DNA of 63,896 nucleotides, counting the filler, from Collodictyon triciliatum (taxonomy: Eukaryota): NCBI GenBank assembly GCA_043381765.1. It is 17 parts of 17 records of this genome, joined end to end, with 100 filler letters (N's around TTAATTAATTAA, not from the genome) between each part and the next. Parts side by side here need not be neighbours in the genome. Positions count along the whole stretch, not along the records: positions 1 to 3,741 come from JBHJMP010006941.1; positions 3,842 to 7,579 come from JBHJMP010006942.1; positions 7,680 to 11,416 come from JBHJMP010006943.1; 14 more parts are not named here. One strand, written 5' to 3'. How positions within the stretch are numbered: the first letter of the stretch is position 1; every line of letters starts with the position of its first letter. This document shows, piece after piece, positions 1 to 10,643 of this stretch. The notes under the pieces were generated by a model that was not told the DNA's origin, searched no databases, and saw nothing but the letters and a program-made list of their open reading frames with translations. The position numbers and the translations under genes were made by a program.

Positions 1-115
1 GAGCGTATGTTTCTAAAACCACAAACACGTAATCATACTCCGGTTAAGCAAAGTCCACCGCTGGCTACGCATGGTCCCGAAACCAGGGGACGGTCAAGCG
101 CCACTTCCGATATTA

Positions 116-1214
116 TCAGGCAAACAACGATGTATCGCTTTTTTTCTGAATCGCCCAGCAAGAAACGCAAGGAAAGTGACCCGTTGCCCACTCAAAAGAC
201 TCATCCAGTGGAATGAAATAGGATGTGAACCTTGTCTGAGATAGACAGTTGAAAGGACTCGTCGGAATCGATTTGAGAAGTAACAGCCATGCGCGTACTT
301 TCATCGACCCGACAACTTTATCCGCTCTTCTGTCAGTCTCGAATACAACCAGAAACCGCGTTGGAGCTTAACCACTTCGGGTAGAATAGTCCGCGTGTGA
401 AAGAATACTTTCTCTCCTCTATCCTGTTTTTTTCTTTTTTCTTTCCTTCTTTTTCTTTCCACCGAAAACACAAAAACCTCAATCACACAATCCGGGATTT
501 CCACTTTCTCATTCACATCTCGTTTCTTGTCCAAGAAGCGAAGGCGATTTCCTCGGCATTGCTTTCTCTCAATAAACAGTCAATTGTAAACATAAAACCA
601 ATAGGGAGCTATGGATAGGCACACGCGTGGCAAAAGCTGGACTACAACGTCTGCACACTTTGCAGCAACAGTGATGAATCCATTGAGCACACATTTATGC
701 AATGTCCCTTCGCTCAAAACCTGCGCGAAACAGCCGGTGAGATTCTTCGACTGACACTCAAGACGGCTGCGGCTGTTATCCCAATACAGGCGATACTTGG
801 GCCTCTTCGACAGCTGCGTCCAGATGCAAAGACATTCAGGGCAGTGACGCGAGGCCATTTGCTATGGATTATGTGGATAGCGCGCATATACTCACGCAAA
901 GCAAGACTCAACAACCAGCCATCCATTCCTGATAATAGGCCGGATGATATCATACAAATATCTTTCCTCAATAGCCTTCCTTCGCCACCTGCACATTCTC
1001 TAATAATCAGACCCCGTGAGAAGAGACAAGTGGAAAGAGGCTGAGAAGAATATTCAACCTCGCCTTGTTTCTCTCATGCAAGCACAAGACCCAGGCTACA
1101 GGCCAAACCGAAGGATGCGATTCCTGTTTGCCGACTACATCTCCGCCACCCGGCCAACAAGTAGCGTTAGTGCGAACAATGGCTAGGGAACCAAAGCCAA
1201 CATCTCCACTATCC
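116..1214 (-). CDS. Multi-exon hypothetical protein (3' part)
   Basis: GT-AG-bounded exons can be chained, e.g. DSGDVGFG...NKAR|WRRKAIEERY... and LPIGFMFTIDC...|GEKVFFHT...|FTSYFIPL...LFA*. The middle exons are uncertain and no family was recognised. Confidence 0.4.
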
Positions 1215-1599
1215 TGCAAAAAAAAATTGAAAGAATAATAATGAAAAAACAATTGGAATTTGAATAACGAAGCATATGAACAAAGAAGCTATAAAGTCAT
1301 TAATGCTTTCCAGAGTATTAGAAACACATATTTGTGGTCTCAAAATAAAAATAAGAGTAAAAAAATTCAATAGACATCAATCAGTCGTAGATTTAATTTT
1401 TTTTAATTTTATTATGTTTTCTTGGAGCGTCCATCTGGTAAAAAAGGCAGATGTCTGTTTGAAAAAACCCAGAGAATCTCTCCTTCTAAAATGATTACAG
1501 TTAAAGAATATATAAATATATATTAATATGCATTTATTAACATTAATTACCTTGTTAAGCTGATAATTTCTTTCTCTACTCAGCTGCTCTCTCGGTGTC

Positions 1600-3741
1600 C
1601 TACTCAACACCCCATCCATTCTCATAGCATTCAGCTACAATAGAAACGGCCTGTGGATATTTGTATTTTTCACCAACTCTTCTTCCATACTCCAGAATAT
1701 CCTCCTTCATTGCAGCCATTTCTTTCAAAACATTGAATGCCTCTTTTGAGCCTTGTTGCGAAAAATGCCTCAGTTTTTTAAAGTTTTCAGCCTTTCCAAA
1801 CCATTCAGCTGCTTTCTTGGTGTCCCTTTCAACACCGCATCCATTCACATAACATTCAGCCATCATTTGAGCCTGGAACGTGGTGAATTTATCCTGCTCG
1901 CAATAGACAACAAAGTCCGCATCAAAGGAAGCAGCACCTTCTTGCAGGAATAATTTCTTGTTCATTACACCCAATTCAGCTCTGTTTATACGAGTATTCG
2001 CAGCTTCAAGTATTCTTGGGCCGATAATTCGAACAGTTCTAACGTTCATTATTCTGTTTGTATCAATCACGTTCATCACATCACTTGTTCCGTTGAATAC
2101 TGCGATTATTTCGTCTGGTTTATCTTGCATGAATAGTTGGTTCTTATCATCGTAGGTTATTTCCGATTTTTGCAGGCTACGCATTTGGTTTCCTGTGGCT
2201 ACATCCCAAATACGTATTGTTTTATCATCACTCCCAGAAGCCAGCCAATTTTCACCATTCGGTCCTTGAATACTGCAAACACTATTGACACCTCCTGTAT
2301 GACCCTTTAATATTTTGATTTGGATTCCTGTGGCAACATCCCAAATACTTATTGTCTTATCATTACTTCCAGAAGCCAGCCAATTTTCACCATTCGGTGC
2401 TTGAATACTGTAAATACTCATGACACAACCCGTATGACCTTTTAATTTTTTTATTTGGTTTCCTGTGGCTATATCCCAAATATGTATTGTCTTATCGTCG
2501 CTCCCAGAAACCAACCACATTTCACCGTTCGGTCCTTGAATACTGCAAACACTAGTGACAGCTCCTGTATGACCTCCTAATTTTTTGATTTGGTTTCCTG
2601 TGGCAATATCCCAAATTCGTATTGTTCTATCATCACTTCCAGAGGCCAACCAATTTTCACCATTCGGTCCTTGAATACTGCAAACACTAGTGACAGCTCC
2701 TGTATGACCTTTCAATGTTTTGATTTGGTTTCCTGCAGCTATATCCCAAATTCGTATTGTTCTATCGTCACTTCCAGAAGCCAGCCAACTTTCACCATTC
2801 GGTCCTGGAATACTGCAAATACTGTTGACCTCCTCTATATGACCTTCTAATTTTTTTATTTGATTTCTTGTGGCTACATCCCAAATACGTATTGCTTTAT
2901 CCCAACTACCAGAAGACAGCCAATTTTCACCATTCGGTCCTTGAATACTGCAAACACTAGTGACTTGATTTGTATGACCTTCTAATGTTTTGGCCTGATT
3001 TCCTGTGGCTATGTCCCAAATTCGTATAGTATTATCACCACTTCCAGAGGCCAGCCATTTTTCACCATTCGGTGCTTGAATACTGCAAACACTTCTGACA
3101 TCATCTGTATGTCCTCGTAATGTTTTGATTTCGTTTCCTGTGATGACATCCCAAACACGTATTGTTTCATCATCACTTCCAGAAGCCAACCACATTTCAC
3201 CATTCGGTCCTTGAATGCTGCAAACACACTTGACTGCGTCTCTATGGCCTTCTAATGTTTTGATTTGGTTCCCTGTGATTACATCCCAAATACGTACTGT
3301 ATTATCACGGCTACCAGAAGCCAACCAGTATTCACCATTTGGTCCTTGAATGCTGCAAACACAATGGACAGTACTTTCATGACCTTTTAATTTTTTGATT
3401 TGAATTCCCGTGGCAACATCCCAAATACGTATGGTATTATCTTCACTTCCAGACGCCAGCCAATTTTCACCATTCGGTCCTTGAATATTGCAAACACTAT
3501 TGACCCAACTTGTATGACCTTCTAATGTTTTGATTTGGCTTCCTGTGGCTATATCCCAAACACGTATTGTGTTATCACGACTTCCAGAAGCCAACCAATT
3601 CTCACCATTCGGTCCTTGAATACTGCAAACACTCCAGACAACACTTGTATGCCCTTCTAATGTTTTGATTTGATTTCCTGTGGCTACATCCCAAATACGT
3701 ATTGTTTCATCATCGCTTCCAGATGCCATCCATATTTCACC
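1600..3741 (-). CDS. WD40-repeat protein with near-identical repeats and C-terminal Sel1-like repeats; 5'-truncated
   Basis: 12 GH...WD repeats of 45 aa, then Sel1-like MAECYVNGCGVERDTKKAAEWFGKA. The frame is open to the contig edge, so the track's Met is not the true start. No introns in the visible part. Confidence 0.92.
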   Translation of the reverse strand, partial: GEIWMASGSDDETIRIWDVATGNQIKTLEGHTSVVWSVCSIQGPNGENWLASGSRDNTIRVWDIATGSQIKTLEGHTSWVNSVCNIQGPNGENWLASGSEDNTIRIWDVATGIQIKKLKGHESTVHCVCSIQGPNGEYWLASGSRDNTVRIWDVITGNQIKTLEGHRDAVKCVCSIQGPNGEMWLASGSDDETIRVWDVITGNEIKTLRGHTDDVRSVCSIQAPNGEKWLASGSGDNTIRIWDIATGNQAKTLEGHTNQVTSVCSIQGPNGENWLSSGSWDKAIRIWDVATRNQIKKLEGHIEEVNSICSIPGPNGESWLASGSDDRTIRIWDIAAGNQIKTLKGHTGAVTSVCSIQGPNGENWLASGSDDRTIRIWDIATGNQIKKLGGHTGAVTSVCSIQGPNGEMWLVSGSDDKTIHIWDIATGNQIKKLKGHTGCVMSIYSIQAPNGENWLASGSNDKTISIWDVATGIQIKILKGHTGGVNSVCSIQGPNGENWLASGSDDKTIRIWDVATGNQMRSLQKSEITYDDKNQLFMQDKPDEIIAVFNGTSDVMNVIDTNRIMNVRTVRIIGPRILEAANTRINRAELGVMNKKLFLQEGAASFDADFVVYCEQDKFTTFQAQMMAECYVNGCGVERDTKKAAEWFGKAENFKKLRHFSQQGSKEAFNVLKEMAAMKEDILEYGRRVGEKYKYPQAVSIVAECYENGWGVE
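2185..3741 (-). repeat. Coding tandem repeat, 135-nt unit, about 12 copies (WD40 blades)
   Basis: The motif ccattcggtcc(ttgaatactgcaaac) and close variants recur every 135 nt (e.g. 3470, 3605). Confidence 0.95.
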
Positions 3742-3841
3742 NNNNNNNNNNNNNNNNNNNNNNNNNNNNNNNNNNNNNNNNNNNNTTAATTAATTAANNN
3801 NNNNNNNNNNNNNNNNNNNNNNNNNNNNNNNNNNNNNNNNN
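3742..3841. other. Artificial contig linker N44-TTAATTAATTAA-N44 (first of 16)
   Basis: The same 100-nt spacer, with stops in all six frames, also occurs at 7580-7679, 11417-11516, 15254-15353, 20627-20726, 24462-24561, 28297-28396, 32131-32230, 35964-36063, 39792-39891, 43620-43719, 47448-47547, 51276-51375, 55103-55202, 58929-59028 and 62753-62852. Confidence 0.98.
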
Positions 3842-3919
3842 ACCAATCAACCAGTTGGGACGCCCACCTGACCAACTCGCTATCACTGATTTCTTTCCAG
3901 TGCTACCCTCTCCACATTA

Positions 3920-4590
3920 GTGTCTTCTCCTACTCGCGTTTGCTCTCTCCCATGCGCTCCCATCCCGCCCCTTTGTATGGCATAACCTCGCTACACTTTG
4001 AATTGAATAAAGGAAAAAAAAAAGTAAGAATAATATAAATAAAACAAGTACACATTTGAAAGTAGAGTAAAAGCCACTTCTTTTTTCTCTTTCTTTTCCC
4101 AAAGAGAGGGACTTCGCATGGGTGCGATGGAATATTGATGCTTATGAGTCCCACGTAGGTGAGGGAGAATCCAAAAAAAAAACGGAGGTGGGAGAAGGGA
4201 ATAAATAGCAGCTTTTCAGAATCGAGGTGTGTGTATGTTGAAAGAGTTTAAGTGAGTCAATCATAGGGGGACGATGTCACTTTACCCGCTCTGAATGCTT
4301 TTTCCACACGCTGGAGTTGGTTGGTGGGCAAAAAGCTGTGGAAATACACGCGGAGGTAAGAAGATTACAACTAATGAAATCGGGTCTCCTCTCAAAAGCA
4401 AAATAATTGGCACCTATTCAATAGAATTGTAAAGCATTTGAATTTAATCGTCACGAGGATGTATTTTATTGAACTTATCTATATTTTCCATAGTTGGCAT
4501 TAGGCCAGGCAATCTGACGTCACCAGCGATGAAAATTATCGTCGATGGAACATTCTTCTGGATGGAATACTCTTTCTCCCAAGTAACTAG
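3920..4590 (+). CDS. Possible small multi-exon gene
   Basis: Several AG..GT-bounded segments (e.g. CLLLLAFALSHALPSRPF|gtatgg; 4267-4355|gtaaga), but the phases could not be resolved. Confidence 0.2.
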
Positions 4591-5327
4591 ATTGCAAATG
4601 AATATTATTTTTTTTTAAACTTGGTTTTTAGTTTGTTTGGGTTTTTTAAGAGAAAAAAAAAAAGAGATGATTCTCACATGTGTCACCACGCGTCCGAAAG
4701 GGCGATTCCCAACGAATATTAACCCATATGAGCAATTTTACCATGGAATCATCAAAGAATCCTCAAGATGATATGCATAGCTGATGTTTGATTGCGTGCG
4801 CTACAAGGTGGTATATGTAGCCGTCTGATTTTTTCATAATTCAAATTTCCAAACCACAATAAAAAAATGAGACAAGACGTTTGCCCCAAGAGCATCGAAA
4901 GAAGGAAATTTTTATTATTTGATTGATATTTATTTTTTTGAAAAAAAAAAAAATAACCGCGGCAAATTTTCGGGCAGTGCGGCAAGTCTCTCTTTTGCAC
5001 CGGCATATACTGGGGTTGCCTGGCACTGGCGCGCTCGAGGGCGGCAATATAGCCCCTTGGAGACAAAGGGGTATATATAGAGTGTCAGGGAGAAGAGCAG
5101 TATAAATTTGCCGTCGATCTGACCGCAGCCTCCCTGAATTTCTTCCGAAAACCCATCGTCCTCCCAAGTCGGATTCGAATCTTCACACCCACCGCGCAAG
5201 CCAGCCGCCATCCCAGCCGTGTAGCCAAACTGCTACGTCCCGCTCGGATTCCCCACGCCACGCCACGCCACACCCAACCCAACCCAACCCACGAACCCCG
5301 CCTTCACTTGGAAGCCTCCCCAGCACC

Positions 5328-7169
5328 ATGATGACCAAGACGCCTCGCCTGCCCATTGTCCTGGTGCTCCTCACAGTAGCCACCCTCGCCCTGACCGCCA
5401 CGGCCAAGGAGGCCGACGCATGCCTCGCCCTTGCGGAGGGCGCCACCTTTTCTGCGGCCGACGGCTGCAACGTGTGCACGTGCCTGAACGGACAGCCCAG
5501 CTGCACCGAGCTCGTGTGCACCGCACCCGCACCCGCACCCGCACCCGCCGCACCGGGATCCCCGCAGTGCATCGCCACGCAGCGCCCGGTGGCTGCGATG
5601 CCCTTCGACGCGTTCTGCGCTGCAGCCTCGACGTTTGTTGCGGCAGAGGAGACGGCGGTGGGCTGCATCGAGCTGGACGCCGTGTGCCCGCAGCAGATCA
5701 CGTTTGCGCGCCAGACGGAGAGCGGGCAGCTGTTTGCCTTTGCGACGGGGTGCGTGCCGGAGGGCTTTGCCGTGTCGCCGGTGGTGACGCAGTGCCCGGC
5801 CGCGCCGCAGGCCATCACGTGCGCCGCCTCGGAGCGCGCCGCCCACGCCTACGACGCCGCGGCCGTGTGCGCGATCGACAGCAGCCGCGCCGCGCCGCTT
5901 GCGCCCGAGACGGTCGGCTGCCTGGACGCGCAGATTGCCTGCAGCGGGTCGGTCTCGTTTGCCACCGACGCCGCGTCCGGCCGCGACTTTCTGTTCCTGG
6001 ACGCGTGCCTGCCCGCGGGCTTCGAGACGCTGGCCGCCTCGTGCGCAGAGATCACGACCCGCGCCACGTGCCGCGCCTCGCCCACACCCGCGCGCCCGGT
6101 GCGCGCCACGCCGCTCGCCACGTTCTGCGCTGACCCCGCCGCCGCCTTTGCCGCAAACACGCCGGACAACACGCACGCCGTCACCGTCGGGTGCGTCGAC
6201 GCCGCCGCCATGTGCCTGCAGCAGACCACCTTTGCGCGCGCCGCCGACGGCCAGATCCACGTCTTTGCCGACTCGTGCCTGCCCGACGGCTTCGACCCTG
6301 CGCCCGACGCCACATGCCCGGCCCCCGAGTGCCTCGGCCAGCTGATCGGCGCCGAGTTCTCGATCGACTGCAACAGCTGCACGTGCGACGCCGACGGCCA
6401 CCTCTTCTGCACAAAGCGCCGCTGCCCCGAGAGCGCCCCCGAGAGCGCCCCCGCCGCCCCCCAGTGCCTCGCCACCCACCGCCTGGTCGACGCCGTCCCG
6501 GCCCTCGAGGCGTGCGGCGACTCGGGCGCCCCCACCAACAAGGCCGGATCCGCCCTGCAGCCCGTCGGGTGCGTCGACGTCTCGGCCATGTGCCTCATGC
6601 AGACCACCTACGCCCTGCGCGAGGCCGACCGCCGCGTCTTTGTCTTCGGCACCTCCTGCGTCCCCGACGGCTTCCGCGTCCTGCCCGGCGTGGACTCGTG
6701 CGACGCCCTCGCCTGCGCAAACACAGACTCAGATTTCGGCACAGCCGCCTGCCCCGCCGGCTCCGTCTGCATCGCCCACCAGGTCGAGTGCTTCACCACG
6801 CCCTGCATGCTCGAGCCCGTCTGCGCAGCCCCCGAGTGCGCCTCCCACCGCGTCGGCGAAGAGTTTGTCCTTGCCCGCCCCGTCCCCTCCCTGGCCGGCG
6901 CCTTCCTCTGCAACGTCGACTGCTCCTGCCTCCTCGACGGCTCCCTCCAGTGCGCCCCCTGCCCAACTGCCTCCCCTGCCCCTGACTCCGACTCCGACTC
7001 CGGTTCTGCCCCCGCCCCCGCCCTCTACGCCGCCGGTGGCTTTGGCCTCGCCGCTGCCGCCGTCGGTGTCTTTGCCGGATACAGGAAGTACCTCCGCCGC
7101 CCCGACGACAAGCTGCCCCTCATCGCGTCCCCGTCAAACTACAAGTCCTTTGTCGCCACAAACGTCTAG
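5328..7169 (+). CDS. Type I membrane Cys-rich surface protein with pacifastin-like domains and four copies of an unrecognised Cys repeat
   Basis: 613-aa intronless GC-rich ORF with a signal-peptide-like N-terminus, motifs CNVCTCLNGQPSCTELVC and CNSCTCDADGHLFCTKRRC, 4x VGC...C...(T/S)(F/Y)A...F.F...C.P.GF, and a TM segment GGFGLAAAAVGVFAGY followed by RK. TATA-like elements lie at about 5072 and 5101. Confidence 0.88.
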   Translation: MMTKTPRLPIVLVLLTVATLALTATAKEADACLALAEGATFSAADGCNVCTCLNGQPSCTELVCTAPAPAPAPAAPGSPQCIATQRPVAAMPFDAFCAAASTFVAAEETAVGCIELDAVCPQQITFARQTESGQLFAFATGCVPEGFAVSPVVTQCPAAPQAITCAASERAAHAYDAAAVCAIDSSRAAPLAPETVGCLDAQIACSGSVSFATDAASGRDFLFLDACLPAGFETLAASCAEITTRATCRASPTPARPVRATPLATFCADPAAAFAANTPDNTHAVTVGCVDAAAMCLQQTTFARAADGQIHVFADSCLPDGFDPAPDATCPAPECLGQLIGAEFSIDCNSCTCDADGHLFCTKRRCPESAPESAPAAPQCLATHRLVDAVPALEACGDSGAPTNKAGSALQPVGCVDVSAMCLMQTTYALREADRRVFVFGTSCVPDGFRVLPGVDSCDALACANTDSDFGTAACPAGSVCIAHQVECFTTPCMLEPVCAAPECASHRVGEEFVLARPVPSLAGAFLCNVDCSCLLDGSLQCAPCPTASPAPDSDSDSGSAPAPALYAAGGFGLAAAAVGVFAGYRKYLRRPDDKLPLIASPSNYKSFVATNV

Positions 7170-7530
7170 GCCTTCCGCGCGTTCGGCTTCCCCCTCTCCC
7201 CGGCCGTCCTCAAATTCTTGCCGAAAATAAAAGTATGGAAAAAAAAAAAAACAGAGGAAGGATTAATACCATGAAAAGGTACAAAGCAGAAGATGCGATG
7301 TTTGGAGAATTAAAAAAATAAAAATAAAGGGCAAAAAATGAAAGAAATCGAACAGTCCAAAATGCCAACCTCCCCTTTTTTTTCTTTCCTTCTCTTTGAT
7401 TGGATCTTGGGACGCAATGAAACTCCAGGATCAATTAAAACCCCTTCGCCACTTAGATTCATTCCATGACTGTGTTAATCCGCTCCATACCATTTTTTTA
7501 AACTTTCCTTCTCACTCTCATTTATGCAAT

Positions 7531-7579
<49 letters not shown>

Positions 7580-7774
7580 NNNNNNNNNNNNNNNNNNNNN
7601 NNNNNNNNNNNNNNNNNNNNNNNTTAATTAATTAANNNNNNNNNNNNNNNNNNNNNNNNNNNNNNNNNNNNNNNNNNNNTGTGGCACTCCAATATCATTA
7701 TGCGGACTACCGTTTTTCGTTTTTTTTTTTTTTTTTTTTTACCCCCCTTTTTTTTTTTTCTTTTCTTCTTTTTT

Positions 7775-7805
<31 letters not shown>

Positions 7806-8541
7806 GGTTTCTATTTTATTAGTGAAACTTTTCATTAATCTGCGCTCCTCAAAAGCGCGCCCAGCGCAAACGATAAGCCAAGAACTGGATGCATAGCCAA
7901 CGCCCGCGTGTGATTGTGTGCCTGTGCCTTTTCCACCCTCACATATCAAGACAAAGAACAGAGAACCAGAGACTTTGTCAGCAAACTGCTACATTCCACA
8001 TCAAGCACACAATTATTCCAAATATGGATATCAGGTTCACCATCCCACCCACTTTCCATCAAAGTATATTTGACAGAAAACAACTGCACATAGCATCATC
8101 GCTGCACAAAACCAATTCCCTCATTTTTCCAAACCACAAATTGCCCCCGCATGCGAAGCCCAGAAACCAAGCGGAATAGCGAGTTCCGACAGCAGAAAGC
8201 ACATGGGCCATGGATAAATCAGCAGCAGGCCACGGCCAAGCGGAAGTCTGGTGAGCAGCTTGGAGCGAATTAAGCAACTTTCATCTTGCGCCGCAAGCAG
8301 GCAAAACCTGAGTCACCCTCGCAGAAGGAGATCCCGAAGCCACCTCTCATCAGCCAGCTTGTCGCAGACCCCACCGCGCCTGGATGACTGGAGGAGAGAA
8401 GACCGATTAAAGAAGGAAAAAAAAATAGATATGAAAGAGAGAAAGAAGAGATGAAAAGAAAAGAGTCAAGGACGCGAGAATAAGAATGCACCGACATCTG
8501 ACCAGAGCCCGCCTGTCCCAAACCCATGCAGATCCCACCCG

Positions 8542-10643
8542 ATGGGGCGACCATCCTCCTACACAGAGGTGGAGCCATTCCACGCAGAGCCGCCGAAGCC
8601 GGAGAGCCTGCAAATCACGCTGCATCTGGCCGGCGAGGCGCGTGTGCCCAGACCAACGGCAAGGGAGCAGCAGACCGAGCGCGAGGCAGAGCTGGAGACG
8701 ACGCGGGGCAGCCTTGGAGAGACGCAGCTGGCCATGGTCTTCCCCTTTGCGGGCTTCCTGCACGAGGCGGACGCGCTGCACACACACGGGGGCAAAGTGG
8801 CGCTGCTGTCTGCCTTTGTGGTTGCGCTCATCAACTTCCCGGCCTTCCTGACGCTCTTCCTGCCGCTGCCGCCCATCCTGGCCTCCTGGGACCCTGTCCA
8901 GATCCTGCTGCTGCCCCCGTTCCTGTGCCTGGCCTACCAGTACTCGCTGCTCTTTGACGGCGTGCTGCTGTCCTACTACACGCATGCGGGCTACTGCGCC
9001 TTTGCCGATGCAGATGCAAATCAAAACCCACGCCCTGATGCAGATGATGTGGAGGCAAACCTAGTTGCAGATGCAAACCAGAATCCACGCCCTGATTCAG
9101 ATGATGTGGAGGCAAACTTAGATGCAGATGCCAAGGCAGCCGTCGTCCGGTGCTTTGCGCTGACCACCACGTTCGGCGTCTTTGTGGTCTCGTTCTTGTG
9201 CTACGCGGCAGGCACAGTCCTTGTTGCGGCCGTGCCGATTGCGTGCCGCGCCTTCCCCATCCCTTTCCTCGGGCCTCTTGCACTGGCCCTGCCCTTCCTG
9301 CCTTGCAAGGGCCTCGTTGCCTTCTTCCACATGCGCGCAACCATCCATGGCGTCGCCCCGGCCGCCCCGCGTCTGCGCCCCTTCCTCGCCGCCTGCTTCC
9401 TCGCCGCAGCCTCCTTTGCCGCAGCCGCCGGCCTCTTCTTCCTCCTCTCCGAAGCCATGATTCTTCTCATCTACCGCACGCGTCCCCGGCCACTCGCCCT
9501 CGCCGCCATCCTGCTGGCCTACCAGCTCGCCCTCGTCCTTGCGAAGCTCCTCGCCCGCGCCATCGCCCGTGCAAACTCCCGTCGCCTCCGCATTGTCGGC
9601 CGCCGCGCTGCAGAGCTCTCTGCCGTCTGGGGCTCCTGGTGCGACTACGGCTGCCAGCTCTTTGTCATGATGGCCATCCCTTCTGTGCGTCTGCCTTCCA
9701 TTCCTCTCCTCTCTACCGAACTTGACTATGCGTCTTTTGTGTTGCTGTTTGTCTTTGTGGTGTGGAACGGGATTTGTAACCTGTTGTGGGTAGGTCTCGT
9801 CGGATGCTGCAGTTGCAATCTATCTGGTTCAGCAGTCCCTCACCATCCTTGCTCAACCTCTGATTGATACAAATACAGGGAGAAATGCCCTTATCCGCTT
9901 CTTTACATTAATCCTCCCGGAATCTATTCACCACTCGTAAGTTTACTGCAAATCACGACCACTGCCTATTGCAATCATCATCATTGCGTCCAAAAGATAG
10001 ACATCCAAACGAACTTCAATTGTCTGATGATCATTACTGCAATAATTGTCTATTTTATATCTCTTTTTCAATGCAGTGCATACATATACATTATTATATT
10101 ACTATTGCTATCACTACTGTTGTTTTATCATACCATTATTCTTGTAATGACCAATGTCACTGTATGCCCAATGAAATTATTTTCTTTCTCCCCCATATGG
10201 CTCCGTTTGTCCTCAAACTAATGCATCTCCTTTATAGGGTCAAGGATATATTAGAAATTGTAACTCCAGACCAGAGAGATGCGTCTTTGCAGATTTCTTG
10301 CAGCAACTTCTTTGCTCGCATGTTGGCCTGTCTCACGTTTGTTATTCTGGCATCCACGTGCTACTATGGCCCCAACAAAATGTACATGATACCGTTTAAG
10401 GACATGACTCATAACGAGTATAACCAAAACATGAAACTGGCCTCCGCCAGTTTCCTTGTTGCACTAATGGAAATGATTATGGTTCGGGCCATCCTCCTTT
10501 CAAAATATGGCAAAGACATCCTCTACTTATTTGCGCGTCTGATTGCAAATAATTGTATACTCATCTACAGTACATATACTTCAGCCCTTGTATTCTCTCA
10601 ACTAGCCGTCATAGCTCACAGCAATCTATTGATGATAAACTGA
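8542..10643 (+). CDS. Polytopic membrane protein, 3 exons
   Basis: Long hydrophobic exon 1 (8542-~9794), exon 2 (~9879-9936, GRNALIRFFTLILPESIHHS) and exon 3 (~10238-10643, VKDILEIVTP...). Phases are compatible. Family unknown. Confidence 0.65.

Noticed and set aside
1555-1602. Genome-wide TAG reassignment
   Set aside because: No in-frame TAG appears in the decoded exons of RNase Z, ARL3, amylase, NudC or the 700-codon WD40 ORF, and TAG plausibly terminates RNase Z and the Cys-rich gene.
3786-3797. TTAATTAATTAA palindrome recurring about every 3.83 kb as a biological periodic element
   Set aside because: It always sits inside N44 flanks; it is a six-frame-stop assembly linker.
5183-7230. 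Many overlapping and antisense ORFs around the Cys-rich gene, and at 8400-9700
   Set aside because: Expected shadows of GC-rich coding DNA, with no motifs of their own.
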